This document shows, piece by piece, positions 1-9,655 of a DNA stretch of 64,000 bases. The stretch is from an uncultured bacterium. GTDB taxonomy: Bacteria; Omnitrophota; Omnitrophia; Omnitrophales; Abzuiibacteriaceae. The stretch spans positions 128,001 to 192,000 of the forward strand of contig CAYLXA010000001.1 of NCBI GenBank assembly GCA_964387845.1, given 5' to 3'. A program made the translations under genes and the position numbers. Under the pieces are notes generated by a model. It had not been told where the DNA came from. It made no database searches and worked only from the letters and a program-made list of their open reading frames with translations. The first letter of the stretch is position 1, and every line of letters starts with the position of its first letter.

Positions 1-3000
1 GCATGCGTTCTGCCAGTTCCGGATCGCGCCGAAGCTGTTTGGGCAATGCATGATTGTTAATCCAGGCTTTCTTCCGCACATTCTGCGGCGTTGCTTGAAG
101 TCCTTCTCGGTTAAGATCACGGATTGCATTGAGAATTCTTCGTGAGAAAAATTGGTTAACGGCTTCTTGAACTGCCCGGTTTTGATTTGTACGGTTTTGA
201 ACCACATCCAGCGAAAGCCGCGATTCCCTTGCGATCGTCATAAAGCTTGTTTTGGATTTCTGGCTTGGTTTCACGCGGCTTAGCTTTTGCAGTGCGTCGA
301 GAATCTCCGAATCATAAAATTCATTCAAAGCAGCTTGAACATTGACGTCCGACCGGACCAATGCTTTGAAATCGGGAACGGACAAGCCTGCTAAACTTGC
401 GATCGTGCGTGTATTTCGAACTGTTATAGACCAATCACTTCTCAAATGCCGAAGTACGGTGCCCAGTTGGTTTGGTTTTGCCCGCCGAAGTTCGCTGCGC
501 CGCTCAGCGCGATGATTGGCCGAAAGCTCGGCCATTTCCATAAGGATGTCGCGCAATCCTTCTTTTTGCACGGAAAAAACGGCGTGCAGCCACTGGAAAT
601 CTTTTTGTAATTGTAGTGTAAAACTGCTTCCCAAAATTAGTTCGGCTACTTGCTTTTTCGCGTTATGGCTGGAATGCTGTGCCTTGCTGGCCCAAGATTT
701 TGTCCGCGGCGGATTTGTATTGGACAATCGATATAAATAGAAAGAAAAACGCCTGATTCCGCTCATTATTTGTTGGAAAGTTTCTGAACTTAATGAATAT
801 GAGTCGGAATTCATTGTAAATTTCGCATATTCATCCCGGAATTTATCTGACAGAACAGCAAAATTGCCGCTCACCTCACGCAAAACGCTCTCGGCCTCGG
901 GATAACGGCGGGCAAGATATTTCAAATTTGTTTCCACATCTTCTATCAAGCGGCTGCCAACCGCAAACAACAACTGATGGCGGATAACAAAAGAAATCCC
1001 GTCCGGCTGGCTAACAGCATGAGGTGAGACTAAATCAAGATCTTCGTGATTGCGGTGCTGGAATTTCATTCCAACCCGCTGATTGACATAAATTTCGGTT
1101 AATAAATCAAGCAACATTTCATATCCGGCTGATCCGAGAGACACTTGCCTCTCCAGCCGGTCTATAAAGCTATGCAAATGGTTAAACAGGACATCATTCA
1201 TATGAGAACGCCATTGGCGTGACTGCATCATCCACAACACCACCGGCAGAAGCTCGTCATATGTACTCTCAGACAACAATTCTCTGAATCGATTGGCTTC
1301 GCCAATAAGATTGATGATAGGCAAATGTCTTTTTGTCACATAATCTTTGATGCGTTTCTCTAGGATACTTTTGGTATTGTAGTGATCAATCGTGAGTTCA
1401 AAATCATTCCGCAGCTCGGAGCGGGCCGGGTCTTCATCTTTGAAATCTAAAGCCTCTACAGACTCATCACGCCGGATTTCTTGCTCAAATGGAGTGACAG
1501 GTTCGGCCTCCACTTTAGGCCTATGGATAGAGTCTGCGATACGCAAAACATTGACCTGCTTATTCATCGAATCGGTCAAAGTAACAGTGGCGGCAAGCCG
1601 GCCTGCATGCTGCCGGACTTGTTTTAAAACAAATATTTTCTTATCAAGGCGCCTGGCCTCGGTTTTACTCCCGCTTGTATACGTTTTTTTCACACCCGTT
1701 ACGAGATAATCAATATGGCCTTCCACGCGATTAACACGCACGATATCCAGCAACTGAATTTGCCGTAGCGGTTCAGGCAGAAAAATAGATCTTTCATCTT
1801 GGATAATCTGCGACACTTCCTGCATGAGCTGATCGAGGCTTTGTAAGGGCACTACTTCTTGTGTATAGGCGGTCCGGTTTACCACGCGCCACTTTCTTCG
1901 AAAAGTTTGAATCCGGTCTCTCAGAAGCCGAATTTCATGAAGCTTCTCGGTATTAATACTTGCTTCCAGATGACTCGGGTGCGCCTGCGTAATTGTGTGT
2001 TGAATGTCAGATTCCGGTTCAAGTGAAATGGGAGCCGTATCCCTTGATTCATCCACTTCATCCAGCATGCGGTTCATGAGCGCTTTCAGAGCGTCCGTAT
2101 TTCCCGCCGCTTGTTTAGTATCTCTCTTCCAACTTTCTCTGACGCGCGGATCAAGCACAAGCGGGCTCAAGATTGAAAACAACCTAGAAAGTAATTGAAA
2201 TAAAGTCGCAGGATCGGTTTGTTGCGCTATTTGCTCCCGCGTACCGGGGATCTTTGGCTGAAGGTCTGATAATTTCTTGAGACGGTCGCTGCTGCCTGAT
2301 AAGAACCGTCCCACCGCATCGGCCTGTTGGGCTTCCGACCTTTCTTCGGCATATCGAGGGCCAGTGTCTTTTGGAACTTCCACTCCAGCTTGTTGAGCCA
2401 ATCGATTCAGATAAGCTTTGCCTTCGCGCTCATCTCTCGCCTTCCGTAAGCGCTCATCTTCCGCGGCTTCACGTGCAATTCTCGCCTGGTCTTGTTGATG
2501 CTTAATGTCCTCCGGATCCGGGAGCTTTGGCCGTTCATCTTCCGCCCGCAATTCGGATGAGGCGCGGGATGTGTTGTCGGTTTCATTGGATATCTTTGAC
2601 CCGTCTGAGTTTGATTCTTTACGGCTGCCATCGAGGACAAAATTCAATTGGCCGCTCAAGAGATCATCGACTTGGACTTCTCCATTTCGCGGCGTACTGC
2701 TGGGATCAATGATCCGATAGACGAACCCCGGCATGAGCGGCACATCGGCATGCCGCTTATGTTTACCATCAGCGTGGCGAACCACAGAACCTACAATGAT
2801 TTTGTCAGCCGTTAAATCTGGATCTTGAAAAACATATGATACGTCTGCGGCAAAACGCTGCGATCTTCCGACCGTCAGAACGATATCGCCGGGCTCGAGT
2901 TGTGAGGCATTGTCGATCGGTTCTGCTGTAAATCCTTGAAGAACTGAGGCAATAAATGCCGAATCCATGGGAAGTGACGGACGATAAAATCGCTCGACCA

Positions 3001-3817
3001 GTGGTTCTATAATCGATTGTTTCCACAATGGAAGCTGGGACAACCATTCCTTGGGGTATCTTTGCGCAAGGTTTTTATAACCTTCCCCAATGCTTGTGTG
3101 GAGGCCAATTCCGCCAATTGTCATCGGTTCTCGCTGATTCTCATCTTGCCGCAGCTCAGAGCGGGCCGACTTCAAAAGCTCCAACACTTCTTTGATCAAC
3201 TCGCGGTCATTCTTCGGAGAGAGAGAACCTGATTGAATTTTTCTCCCGATGATACCAAATTCTGACATTCCGGCTTGCTTTTCCAAATCAAAAAAGACAC
3301 CCGCCATTTCTGGGCTGGCATCAAGGCTTTTTATTTTTCTGCTAGACTCGTGGCGACGAAGAAATCGGGTTGCTTCATCTACCAATCTCTTATCAACTAA
3401 TTTCTTTTGAGTTGTTGGGAGTGTCGAATCACCTAGATCATCCAAATAACCATAAGGATGCTCTGAAGGACGTATTGTCACATAACCAGGCTTCCATTTA
3501 CTCGGATCAAGCGGCCGACTCCGCAGTTCGGAGCGGGATTTTCTGGCTTCAAGCTTCAAGCTTCCAGCTCCAGGTTTAACTGCTTGTGGCTTGTAGCTTG
3601 CAGCTTGTGGCTTGATTGAAACTTGCCCACTCGCGGCAATTTGCGCACTGTAGGGAAGCTGAAGATTAACGTCTTTTCGGAGGCCGAGATTGAAATTAGA
3701 TTTGGTAAGCGATTCGAAGAGAATCGGGGCGTCGCCGTAAGCGACCGTACTGGTCGTTAAAACCGTTGCGACGAGAACAAGGCTAATAAATTTGAAGATA
3801 GAAGATTTTGCCGGCAA
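1..3817 (-). CDS. giant secreted protein, N-terminal ~1270 aa; the C-terminus lies beyond the window start; contains four RSELR motifs
   Basis: Hand translation of the minus strand gives one uninterrupted frame from a TTG at 3817..3815 (preceded by an in-frame TAA) down to nt 1. It is absent from the ORF track because its stop codon lies outside the window. The N-terminus MPAKSSIFKFISLVLVATVLTTSTVAYG looks like a signal peptide. There is a KPQA-type low-complexity stretch and ~55-aa tandem repeats near the window edge. The TTG start is inferred. Confidence 0.55.
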   Translation of the reverse strand, partial: MPAKSSIFKFISLVLVATVLTTSTVAYGDAPILFESLTKSNFNLGLRKDVNLQLPYSAQIAASGQVSIKPQAASYKPQAVKPGAGSLKLEARKSRSELRSRPLDPSKWKPGYVTIRPSEHPYGYLDDLGDSTLPTTQKKLVDKRLVDEATRFLRRHESSRKIKSLDASPEMAGVFFDLEKQAGMSEFGIIGRKIQSGSLSPKNDRELIKEVLELLKSARSELRQDENQREPMTIGGIGLHTSIGEGYKNLAQRYPKEWLSQLPLWKQSIIEPLVERFYRPSLPMDSAFIASVLQGFTAEPIDNASQLEPGDIVLTVGRSQRFAADVSYVFQDPDLTADKIIVGSVVRHADGKHKRHADVPLMPGFVYRIIDPSSTPRNGEVQVDDLLSGQLNFVLDGSRKESNSDGSKISNETDNTSRASSELRAEDERPKLPDPEDIKHQQDQARIAREAAEDERLRKARDEREGKAYLNRLAQQAGVEVPKDTGPRYAEERSEAQQADAVGRFLSGSSDRLKKLSDLQPKIPGTREQIAQQTDPATLFQLLSRLFSILSPLVLDPRVRESWKRDTKQAAGNTDALKALMNRMLDEVDESRDTAPISLEPESDIQHTITQAHPSHLEASINTEKLHEIRLLRDRIQTFRRKWRVVNRTAYTQEVVPLQSLDQLMQEVSQIIQDERSIFLPEPLRQIQLLDIVRVNRVEGHIDYLVTGVKKTYTSGSKTEARRLDKKIFVLKQVRQHAGRLAATVTLTDSMNKQVNVLRIADSIHRPKVEAEPVTPFEQEIRRDESVEALDFKDEDPARSELRNDFELTIDHYNTKSILEKRIKDYVTKRHLPIINLIGEANRFRELLSESTYDELLPVVLWMMQSRQWRSHMNDVLFNHLHSFIDRLERQVSLGSAGYEMLLDLLTEIYVNQRVGMKFQHRNHEDLDLVSPHAVSQPDGISFVIRHQLLFAVGSRLIEDVETNLKYLARRYPEAESVLREVSGNFAVLSDKFRDEYAKFTMNSDSYSLSSETFQQIMSGIRRFSFYLYRLSNTNPPRTKSWASKAQHSSHNAKKQVAELILGSSFTLQLQKDFQWLHAVFSVQKEGLRDILMEMAELSANHRAERRSELRRAKPNQLGTVLRHLRSDWSITVRNTRTIASLAGLSVPDFKALVRSDVNVQAALNEFYDSEILDALQKLSRVKPSQKSKTSFMTIARESRLSLDVVQNRTNQNRAVQEAVNQFFSRRILNAIRDLNREGLQATPQNVRKKAWINNHALPKQLRRDPELAERM

Positions 3818-3927
3818 AGTGGTTTAGCCTGCTTTCTTAAAAAGTGTTTAAATAGTACCATTTTACACCTAATATGGCAAGTTTATGACCCAATATTTAA
3901 TAATTACAGATAAAAATAGAAGGAAAA

Positions 3928-3987
3928 TTAGTGGTAAGTGGTAAGCGATAAGTTGTTCGAATAACTTAAAACTTACCACTTAAAACT
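3928..3987. repeat. heptamer-built palindromic element, copy A: (TAAGTGG)n arm, spacer, (CCACTTA)n arm
   Basis: ttaGTGGTAAGTGGTAAGcgataagtt...aacttaaaacttaccacttaaaac. It shares a 16-nt identical core (AGTGGTAAGTGGTAAG) with copy B at 60581..60650. Confidence 0.6.
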
Positions 3988-3990
3988 AGA

Positions 3991-4221
3991 TCAGCCATCA
4001 CTACCGATGGCTTCGACGGGACATTCTGTAATGGCTTGCTCGCAGCGCTCGCGTTCTTGATCGTTCGCGGGCTGCTTGTGGACATAGCTGTAACCGCTTT
4101 GCTCGTTGCGCTCAAAATTGGCGGGTGCCGTTTGACGGCAAAGATCGCAGTCAATGCACTGCGTATCAACATAAAAAGCGCCTTCAACGTTTCCTAGATG
4201 TTTATGATCTTTGTTAGCCAT
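3991..4221 (-). CDS. small ferredoxin (single 4Fe-4S cluster, CxxCxxC...CP type)
   Basis: 76-aa ORF with CIDCDLC....CP(VEAI) cysteine spacing typical of single-cluster bacterial ferredoxins. It lies next to the 2-oxoacid:ferredoxin oxidoreductase genes. Confidence 0.7.
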   Translation of the reverse strand: MANKDHKHLGNVEGAFYVDTQCIDCDLCRQTAPANFERNEQSGYSYVHKQPANDQERERCEQAITECPVEAIGSDG

Positions 4222-4355
4222 TTTCTTTTAAATTCAAATATCAAATTTCAAAATCTAAAACAAATTCTAAATTCAAATGTTTCAATACAGCTGTTTTGAA
4301 TTTAAGGATTTGGTTATTTGAAATTATTTTGAATTTTGATATTTGATATTTGAAT
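4222..4355. repeat. ~130-bp AT-rich imperfect palindrome filling the aspA-fdx intergenic space
   Basis: The outer arms are a perfect 18-bp inverted repeat: taaattcaaatatcaaat (4224..4241) and atttgatatttgaattta (~4337..4354). The inner parts are built from ttcaaat/atttgaa units around a central ACAGCTGT. Confidence 0.6.
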
Positions 4356-5750
4356 TTACTTCTGTTTTGGGGTTGTCAATTCCTTGGGGGATAAAATTTT
4401 GTCGAGTTCGTCCTTGCTTAACAACTTTTTTTCTAAAATGATTTGCCGCATGGTTTTGCCGGTCTTCACGGATTCTTTCACTACCTCCGCCGCTTTGCTG
4501 TAACCGATATAAGGATTAAGCGCCGCCGCAATGCCGTAACTCTCTTCCGCATATTTTGAGCAGACTTCTTTGTTCGCCGTAATGCCGTCAATGCACATTT
4601 CTGCCAATGCCGAGCATGTGTTCTTTAAAATCTCTATCGATTGCAGCAAATTATGAATCACGGTCGGGATCATGACGTTGAGTTCCAGCTGCCCCGCTTG
4701 TGTCGCCATGGAAATCGCGGTGTCGTTGCCGATGACTTGAAAACAAACGATTGTCGTCATCTCGGGCATCACCGGATTGATCTTCCCCGGCATAATGGAA
4801 GAACCCGGCTGGCGCGCCGGCAATACAATTTCGTTAAAACCGGTCTTGGGACCTGAACTCAAGAGACGCAGATCGTTACAAATTTGGATTAAAACAAGCG
4901 CCAAGGTTTTCAACTCACCCGAAACCGCGCTGAAGTCAGAGGTGCTCTGCATTTTCTCGAAAAGATTTTTCGCAGAACGAAATTTAAATCCCGTAATTTC
5001 ACCAAGATTGGCAACTAGATCATTGCGATATTGAACGGTGGTGTTAAGTCCTGTTCCAACGGCCGAGCCGCCGATTCCCAAATCCAACAGATAATCCGAA
5101 ACATGCTTCACGCGATCAATGCAATTTTGAACGTTGCCGGCGTAGCCGCTAAACTCCTGGCCGAGTGTAATCGGCGCGGCATCCTGCATGTGCGTGCGGC
5201 CGGATTTCACAACATCCGTAAATTCCTTAGACTTTTTCTCGAGGGATTTCACCAATTTCTGAGCTGCCGGATAAAATTCGCCGAGTAGTTTCGTCACCGC
5301 CACCCGGAGTGCTGCAGGCATGACATCGTTGGTGGATTGGCCCATATTCACGTGATCATGCGAATGAACTTTTTTGTAATCGCCTTTTTCGTGGCCCAGG
5401 ATTTCGAGCGCGCGGTTCGTGATCACTTCATTTGTGTTCATGTGCTGCGAAACACCGGCACCCGACTGAAACACATCCACCGGAAATTCCTTGGCCAGCT
5501 TGCCGGCCATCACCTCTTCGGAAGCTTTGACGATGGCATCGCCGATTTTTTTATCGAGCGCACCGCGTTTCATGTTGGCTTTGGCAGCCGCGATTTTAAT
5601 GGCGGCAGTTGCCCATACAAATACGGGATGAAAACGAAGGCCTGAGATCGGGTAATTTTCGATAGCGCGCGCGGTTTCGGCGCCATAATAAACTTCAGAG
5701 GGAACTTGAAATTCTCCTAGCGAATCTTTTTCGGTCCGGGTTTTGGGCAT
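4356..5750 (-). CDS. aspA: aspartate ammonia-lyase (aspartase/fumarase class II family)
   Basis: 464 aa. It has the YYGAETARAIENYPISG N-terminus, FPVDVFQSGAGVSQHMNTNEV and GSSIMPGKINPVMPE (aspartase-like PVxPE rather than fumarase PTQCE). Similarity to E. coli AspA is colinear. Confidence 0.8.
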   Translation of the reverse strand: MPKTRTEKDSLGEFQVPSEVYYGAETARAIENYPISGLRFHPVFVWATAAIKIAAAKANMKRGALDKKIGDAIVKASEEVMAGKLAKEFPVDVFQSGAGVSQHMNTNEVITNRALEILGHEKGDYKKVHSHDHVNMGQSTNDVMPAALRVAVTKLLGEFYPAAQKLVKSLEKKSKEFTDVVKSGRTHMQDAAPITLGQEFSGYAGNVQNCIDRVKHVSDYLLDLGIGGSAVGTGLNTTVQYRNDLVANLGEITGFKFRSAKNLFEKMQSTSDFSAVSGELKTLALVLIQICNDLRLLSSGPKTGFNEIVLPARQPGSSIMPGKINPVMPEMTTIVCFQVIGNDTAISMATQAGQLELNVMIPTVIHNLLQSIEILKNTCSALAEMCIDGITANKEVCSKYAEESYGIAAALNPYIGYSKAAEVVKESVKTGKTMRQIILEKKLLSKDELDKILSPKELTTPKQK

Positions 5751-5774
5751 GATTGTTTCGGTCGTTGGGTAAAA

Positions 5775-6632
5775 TTATACGAAAATATCGGCAAGTTTTT
5801 CCAGATCGCCGCCGCGGGTTTCTTGCGCGCTTTTTTGTATCTTTGCAATGCGCTCTTCAAATGTCGTGGCTTCGCGGCGGTAAAAGATGCCTAAATATGT
5901 ATTTTCCTTATCAAGCGCCGTGGCAAATGCTTTCTGGCGGTTCGTCGGATCATAATCGGCCGGCAAATTTTTGATGCGCTGTGAAATGGGTTTGTAATTA
6001 TCGTTAAAAGTTGTGCACGGACTTAAAACTTCGAGTAAAGCAAAACCTTTGTGCTCGATGCCTTTTTGAATTAATTCAGCAAGCTCCTTGGGTTTTCCCG
6101 AATAGCCGCGCGCGACGAACGAAATATTATAAGCCACTGCCATCGCGATCGGATTCAAGGCTTCTTCTGCGTTGCCGTAAGGGGTTGTGCCGCCCGAGAA
6201 ATCTTCGGCCGTTGCGGATGATTGTCCTTTCGTAAGGCCGTACACTTCATTATCCATGACAATATAGCAAATATCGGGATTGCGGCGCGCAACGTGCGGA
6301 ATGTGTCCGCCGCCGATCGAATAGGCATCACCGTCACCGCCCACGCCCAATACTTCAATCTCGGGACGCGCAGTTTTGAGTCCGGTTGCCATCGGAAGCA
6401 CACGGCCGTGCACACTATGAAGACCGTAGACATTGACATATGCCGGAAGGCGGCTTGAGCAGCCGATACCGGAAACAATCGCGGCATTCTGCGGCTGAAT
6501 CTGCATTGCGGCAAACGCACGGTAAATACAAGTCAAAACACCAAAATCACCGCAACCCGGGCACCACACGGGATGCACATCTGTTTTGTAGCTTTGAATA
6601 TTAAACGCAGGTGCCGGCGTTGGTTCTACCAT
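5775..6632 (-). CDS. korB: 2-oxoacid:ferredoxin oxidoreductase, beta (TPP-binding) subunit
   Basis: 285 aa. It carries the WCPGCGDFG signature and a GDG TPP motif. Confidence 0.85.
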   Translation of the reverse strand: MVEPTPAPAFNIQSYKTDVHPVWCPGCGDFGVLTCIYRAFAAMQIQPQNAAIVSGIGCSSRLPAYVNVYGLHSVHGRVLPMATGLKTARPEIEVLGVGGDGDAYSIGGGHIPHVARRNPDICYIVMDNEVYGLTKGQSSATAEDFSGGTTPYGNAEEALNPIAMAVAYNISFVARGYSGKPKELAELIQKGIEHKGFALLEVLSPCTTFNDNYKPISQRIKNLPADYDPTNRQKAFATALDKENTYLGIFYRREATTFEERIAKIQKSAQETRGGDLEKLADIFV

Positions 6633-6642
6633 TTTTTTCTCC

Positions 6643-8382
6643 TTACTTCGAACTTTTGATGTATTGGCGCGTCACGCGCTCAACTTCATCGATAATTTCT
6701 TGAGGCGTAAACGGCAGCCCCGAAATTTTATTAAACGGAACCACTTCAATCTGGAATTTCTCACGGATCAAACGTGCGAATTGACCCAAATAATTTAACT
6801 CCGGAACAATAATTTTCTTGCACGAACGAACAAAAGTTTCCATTTCATGAACCGGCAGCGGATTGAGAACTCTCGGATGCAGCGCGCCTACTTTATACCC
6901 CATCGCCGTAAGACGCAAAATGGCTTCGCGAATGACTCCTTCCGTCGAACCCCAGCCCAAAATTCCGACATCAGGCTTATCGGATCCATAATGGCGGATC
7001 AACTCGGCACCTTTTAAGACGAGTTCTAATTTTTTAAAGCGCTTTTCCTGCATGGTGACGTGATTTTGCTGGTCCCAATTCGGAGATCCCTCCTCGCCAT
7101 GCTCAAGACCGGTTGCCGTGAAAATGCTGCCCGGCTCACCCGGAATTGCCATGGCCGAAACACCGGTCGGATTCAGACGATAACGTTTGTACGACTGTAG
7201 TTCTTCCTCAGAAGGCTTTCTCCGCTCTTCGATCAAAACCGATTTCAAATCAGGACGTGGAATGGTAGAGGTTCTTTGTGCGAGCGACTGATCGGACAAT
7301 ACAATCACCGGACATTGACAGCGAACTGCATAGTTAAACGCACGAATAATTCCATAAAATGAATCTTGAACACTCGTCAAAGCCATCACGATACGCGGTG
7401 CTTCGCCGTGGCCGCCATAGAGCGCCTGAAAAAGATCGCTTTGTTCTGTTTTGGTCGGCATGCCTGTGCTTGGGCCGGCGCGTTGAACGTCTACAATGAC
7501 GCACGGAATTTCGGCCATGCTGGCCAATCCTAACAATTCGGTCATCAATGACAATCCGGGGCCCGACGTGGCAGTCATCGACTTCACACCGCCATAACCG
7601 GCGCCAATCACCATCGATAACGCCGCAATTTCATCCTCTGCTTGGACGAGAGATCCGCCAAAGCGCGGCATTTCCTTCGAAAGCCATTCCATAATATCCG
7701 TCGCCGGTGTAATAGGATAGCCGGCATAAAAACGGCAGCCTGCGACGAGGGCGCCTAGCGCTAGCGCTTGGTTGCCTGAGATCACCAGCCGGTTATTCGC
7801 ATCTTTGCGGCCGACCGTGTAAGGATCTTTTTTCTCGACGTGCTGCTCGACATAATGATAGCCATGCTCAAGCGCTTTGACGTTTAAATTGACGATTGCC
7901 TCGCCCTTTTTCTTAAAACGCTTGGTGATCATGCTGACTAATTTTTCGAGAGGAAAATTAAATAGTTTCGCCAGAATGCCCAGGAAAATAATGTTTTTTG
8001 TCAGGTAGCTATTGAGTTCTTTGCGGGCCATATCGGAAACTGGAATCGCATACTGTATTTCCGGAACGCCTTCTTTCGGCTTGCAGGAGCTGGAATCGTA
8101 AACCAAAACGCCGCCCTGCTTGCGGATAGAATCAGCATGCAGATCGTATGCTTCTTGGTTAAAACAAACGAGAACATCAACGGCATCGCCTTTGGAGAAC
8201 AAGATTTCGCGGCCAACGCGAAGTTGATACATACAAGGCCCGCCTTTGATTTCGGCGGGATACGTGCGGAATGTGAAAATTTCGAGCCCGGCTTGCGCGG
8301 CTGATTGCGTTAAGATATCACTACAGCTGATAACACCTTCTCCGCCTTCTCCGGCCAATCTAAAAATAACGCTTTCTTCCAT
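6643..8382 (-). CDS. korA: 2-oxoacid:ferredoxin oxidoreductase, fused gamma/alpha subunit
   Basis: N-terminal POR-gamma-like region (IFRLAGEGGEGV) followed by an alpha domain. Start placed at MEESVIF (8382), where GAGGAG sits 9 nt upstream. The longer ORF start (8418) would overlap the upstream gene by 32 nt. Confidence 0.8.
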   Translation of the reverse strand: MEESVIFRLAGEGGEGVISCSDILTQSAAQAGLEIFTFRTYPAEIKGGPCMYQLRVGREILFSKGDAVDVLVCFNQEAYDLHADSIRKQGGVLVYDSSSCKPKEGVPEIQYAIPVSDMARKELNSYLTKNIIFLGILAKLFNFPLEKLVSMITKRFKKKGEAIVNLNVKALEHGYHYVEQHVEKKDPYTVGRKDANNRLVISGNQALALGALVAGCRFYAGYPITPATDIMEWLSKEMPRFGGSLVQAEDEIAALSMVIGAGYGGVKSMTATSGPGLSLMTELLGLASMAEIPCVIVDVQRAGPSTGMPTKTEQSDLFQALYGGHGEAPRIVMALTSVQDSFYGIIRAFNYAVRCQCPVIVLSDQSLAQRTSTIPRPDLKSVLIEERRKPSEEELQSYKRYRLNPTGVSAMAIPGEPGSIFTATGLEHGEEGSPNWDQQNHVTMQEKRFKKLELVLKGAELIRHYGSDKPDVGILGWGSTEGVIREAILRLTAMGYKVGALHPRVLNPLPVHEMETFVRSCKKIIVPELNYLGQFARLIREKFQIEVVPFNKISGLPFTPQEIIDEVERVTRQYIKSSK

Positions 8383-8386
8383 TGCA

Positions 8387-8818
8387 TTACTCCTCATGAA
8401 TATCACCCGGCCTGACATCTAACGGCTGGCGATACATAAAACCTTTTCCGACTTCGTGCCAATGATCGATCTTGTCTTCATCCAACTTCCAGCACAAATA
8501 AACGACTTTTCCGTCCATCAAGGAATAAAAATCAACGAGCCCCGTTTCCACATCTTTCAGAAGACAGCCAAACTCCTGAATTTTATCAATGGTTTCGTAA
8601 AAATCCGTCACGACATTTTGATGCTTTTTGACCAGGGACTCGATTTCTTTCTTCGAATTCGAGTTACCTGACCCGCTGACAATTTCGAGTGCATCAATCT
8701 GCGCTTCGATATGAACGGCTTGGCTTTGTTTTTCCTTTAACTGATGGATAAGATCTCTTAAAACGGGGATTAGCTGATTGGCTTCTTCAACTGTAAATAC
8801 CTTTAACTCATTATCCAT
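8387..8818 (-). CDS. conserved hypothetical cytoplasmic protein (DUF2203-like)
   Basis: 143-aa ORF in the operon position directly upstream of korA. Coding-like composition. The family assignment is from memory only. Confidence 0.5.
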   Translation of the reverse strand: MDNELKVFTVEEANQLIPVLRDLIHQLKEKQSQAVHIEAQIDALEIVSGSGNSNSKKEIESLVKKHQNVVTDFYETIDKIQEFGCLLKDVETGLVDFYSLMDGKVVYLCWKLDEDKIDHWHEVGKGFMYRQPLDVRPGDIHEE

Positions 8819-8961
8819 TCATGCCTCGGAACCGCTGATTTTTAGGATATCCTGACAATATATAGGAAGACCGGAAACCTGTTTCAAATATACAGCAAGG
8901 GACCCAGCCAATCAAGGGCTTTGTTACCTAACTGCTTTTAAAATTGAGTTTTCCGAAGATT

Positions 8962-9351
8962 TTAAGAACTATAAACAAGCCGACCGCCGAGATCGCTTGC
9001 CACCGAAACCAGAATGATTCCTAAGAGCGACCCAACTATCAAAATCAGCTTATAGCTGGCCTTCGCAGGATTCGCCTTATACCAATAAAATCCGCGCGCG
9101 GTATAAATAATAAACACGCAAACAGCCGCTACAAAATGATTCCGGATAGGGGGCGAAATTTCACCGGCATCCACATAACCCGCTATCATGGCAAGAACCA
9201 TGAGCGCGTAACCTGCTTTAAATGACAAAAACGCGAATTTCTTATAAGAATCGTCCTTCTTAAAATGCCAAAGACATAAAAGAAAGAATTCAAAGAAATA
9301 AAGCGCGATCGGAAAATGCACGGTCATCGGATGAAAATGAAGGTGCTCCAT
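8962..9351 (-). CDS. small integral membrane protein (HPMTVHFPIAL motif, DUF2231-like)
   Basis: 129 aa with 3-4 hydrophobic helices. It is adjacent to the metal-efflux genes. Confidence 0.5.
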   Translation of the reverse strand: MEHLHFHPMTVHFPIALYFFEFFLLCLWHFKKDDSYKKFAFLSFKAGYALMVLAMIAGYVDAGEISPPIRNHFVAAVCVFIIYTARGFYWYKANPAKASYKLILIVGSLLGIILVSVASDLGGRLVYSS

Positions 9352-9379
9352 AAAAGCCCTTTCTTAAGACGGTGCAGAA

Positions 9380-9655
9380 CTAATGGCTGTGTGAATGATT
9401 GTGTCCGACCACTTCTTTTTTAGTGCCATGCCCCAATATGGTAATAAATTTTTCAGGGTTTTTCTTAAACTTGTCAGAGCACATTTTGCAGCAAATACCG
9501 TAACGCTTGCCCTGATATTCCACAAATGATTTTCCGGAAACATCATCACCGCTCACGGGGCACATTTTATTTCCGGCGTCAATCAGTTCGGCTGCAAAAA
9601 GATTTGTTGAACCAAGTAACAATACAGTAAACATTGTTAAAATTATTTTCTTCAT
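9380..9655 (-). CDS. secreted YHS/TRASH-like metal-binding protein with a His-rich C-terminus
   Basis: Signal peptide MKKIILTMFTVLLLGSTNLFA, then CPVSG....CCKMC and a C-terminal HNHSHSH. It overlaps the RND pump gene by 4 nt, the last gene of the efflux operon. Confidence 0.6.
   Translation of the reverse strand: MKKIILTMFTVLLLGSTNLFAAELIDAGNKMCPVSGDDVSGKSFVEYQGKRYGICCKMCSDKFKKNPEKFITILGHGTKKEVVGHNHSHSH

Noticed and set aside
3928-3987. Whether the heptamer repeats or the AT-rich palindrome could be a CRISPR array.
   Set aside because: The repeats are 7-nt units in inverted, not direct, orientation. There are no unique spacers of uniform length, only two loci, and no cas genes in the window.
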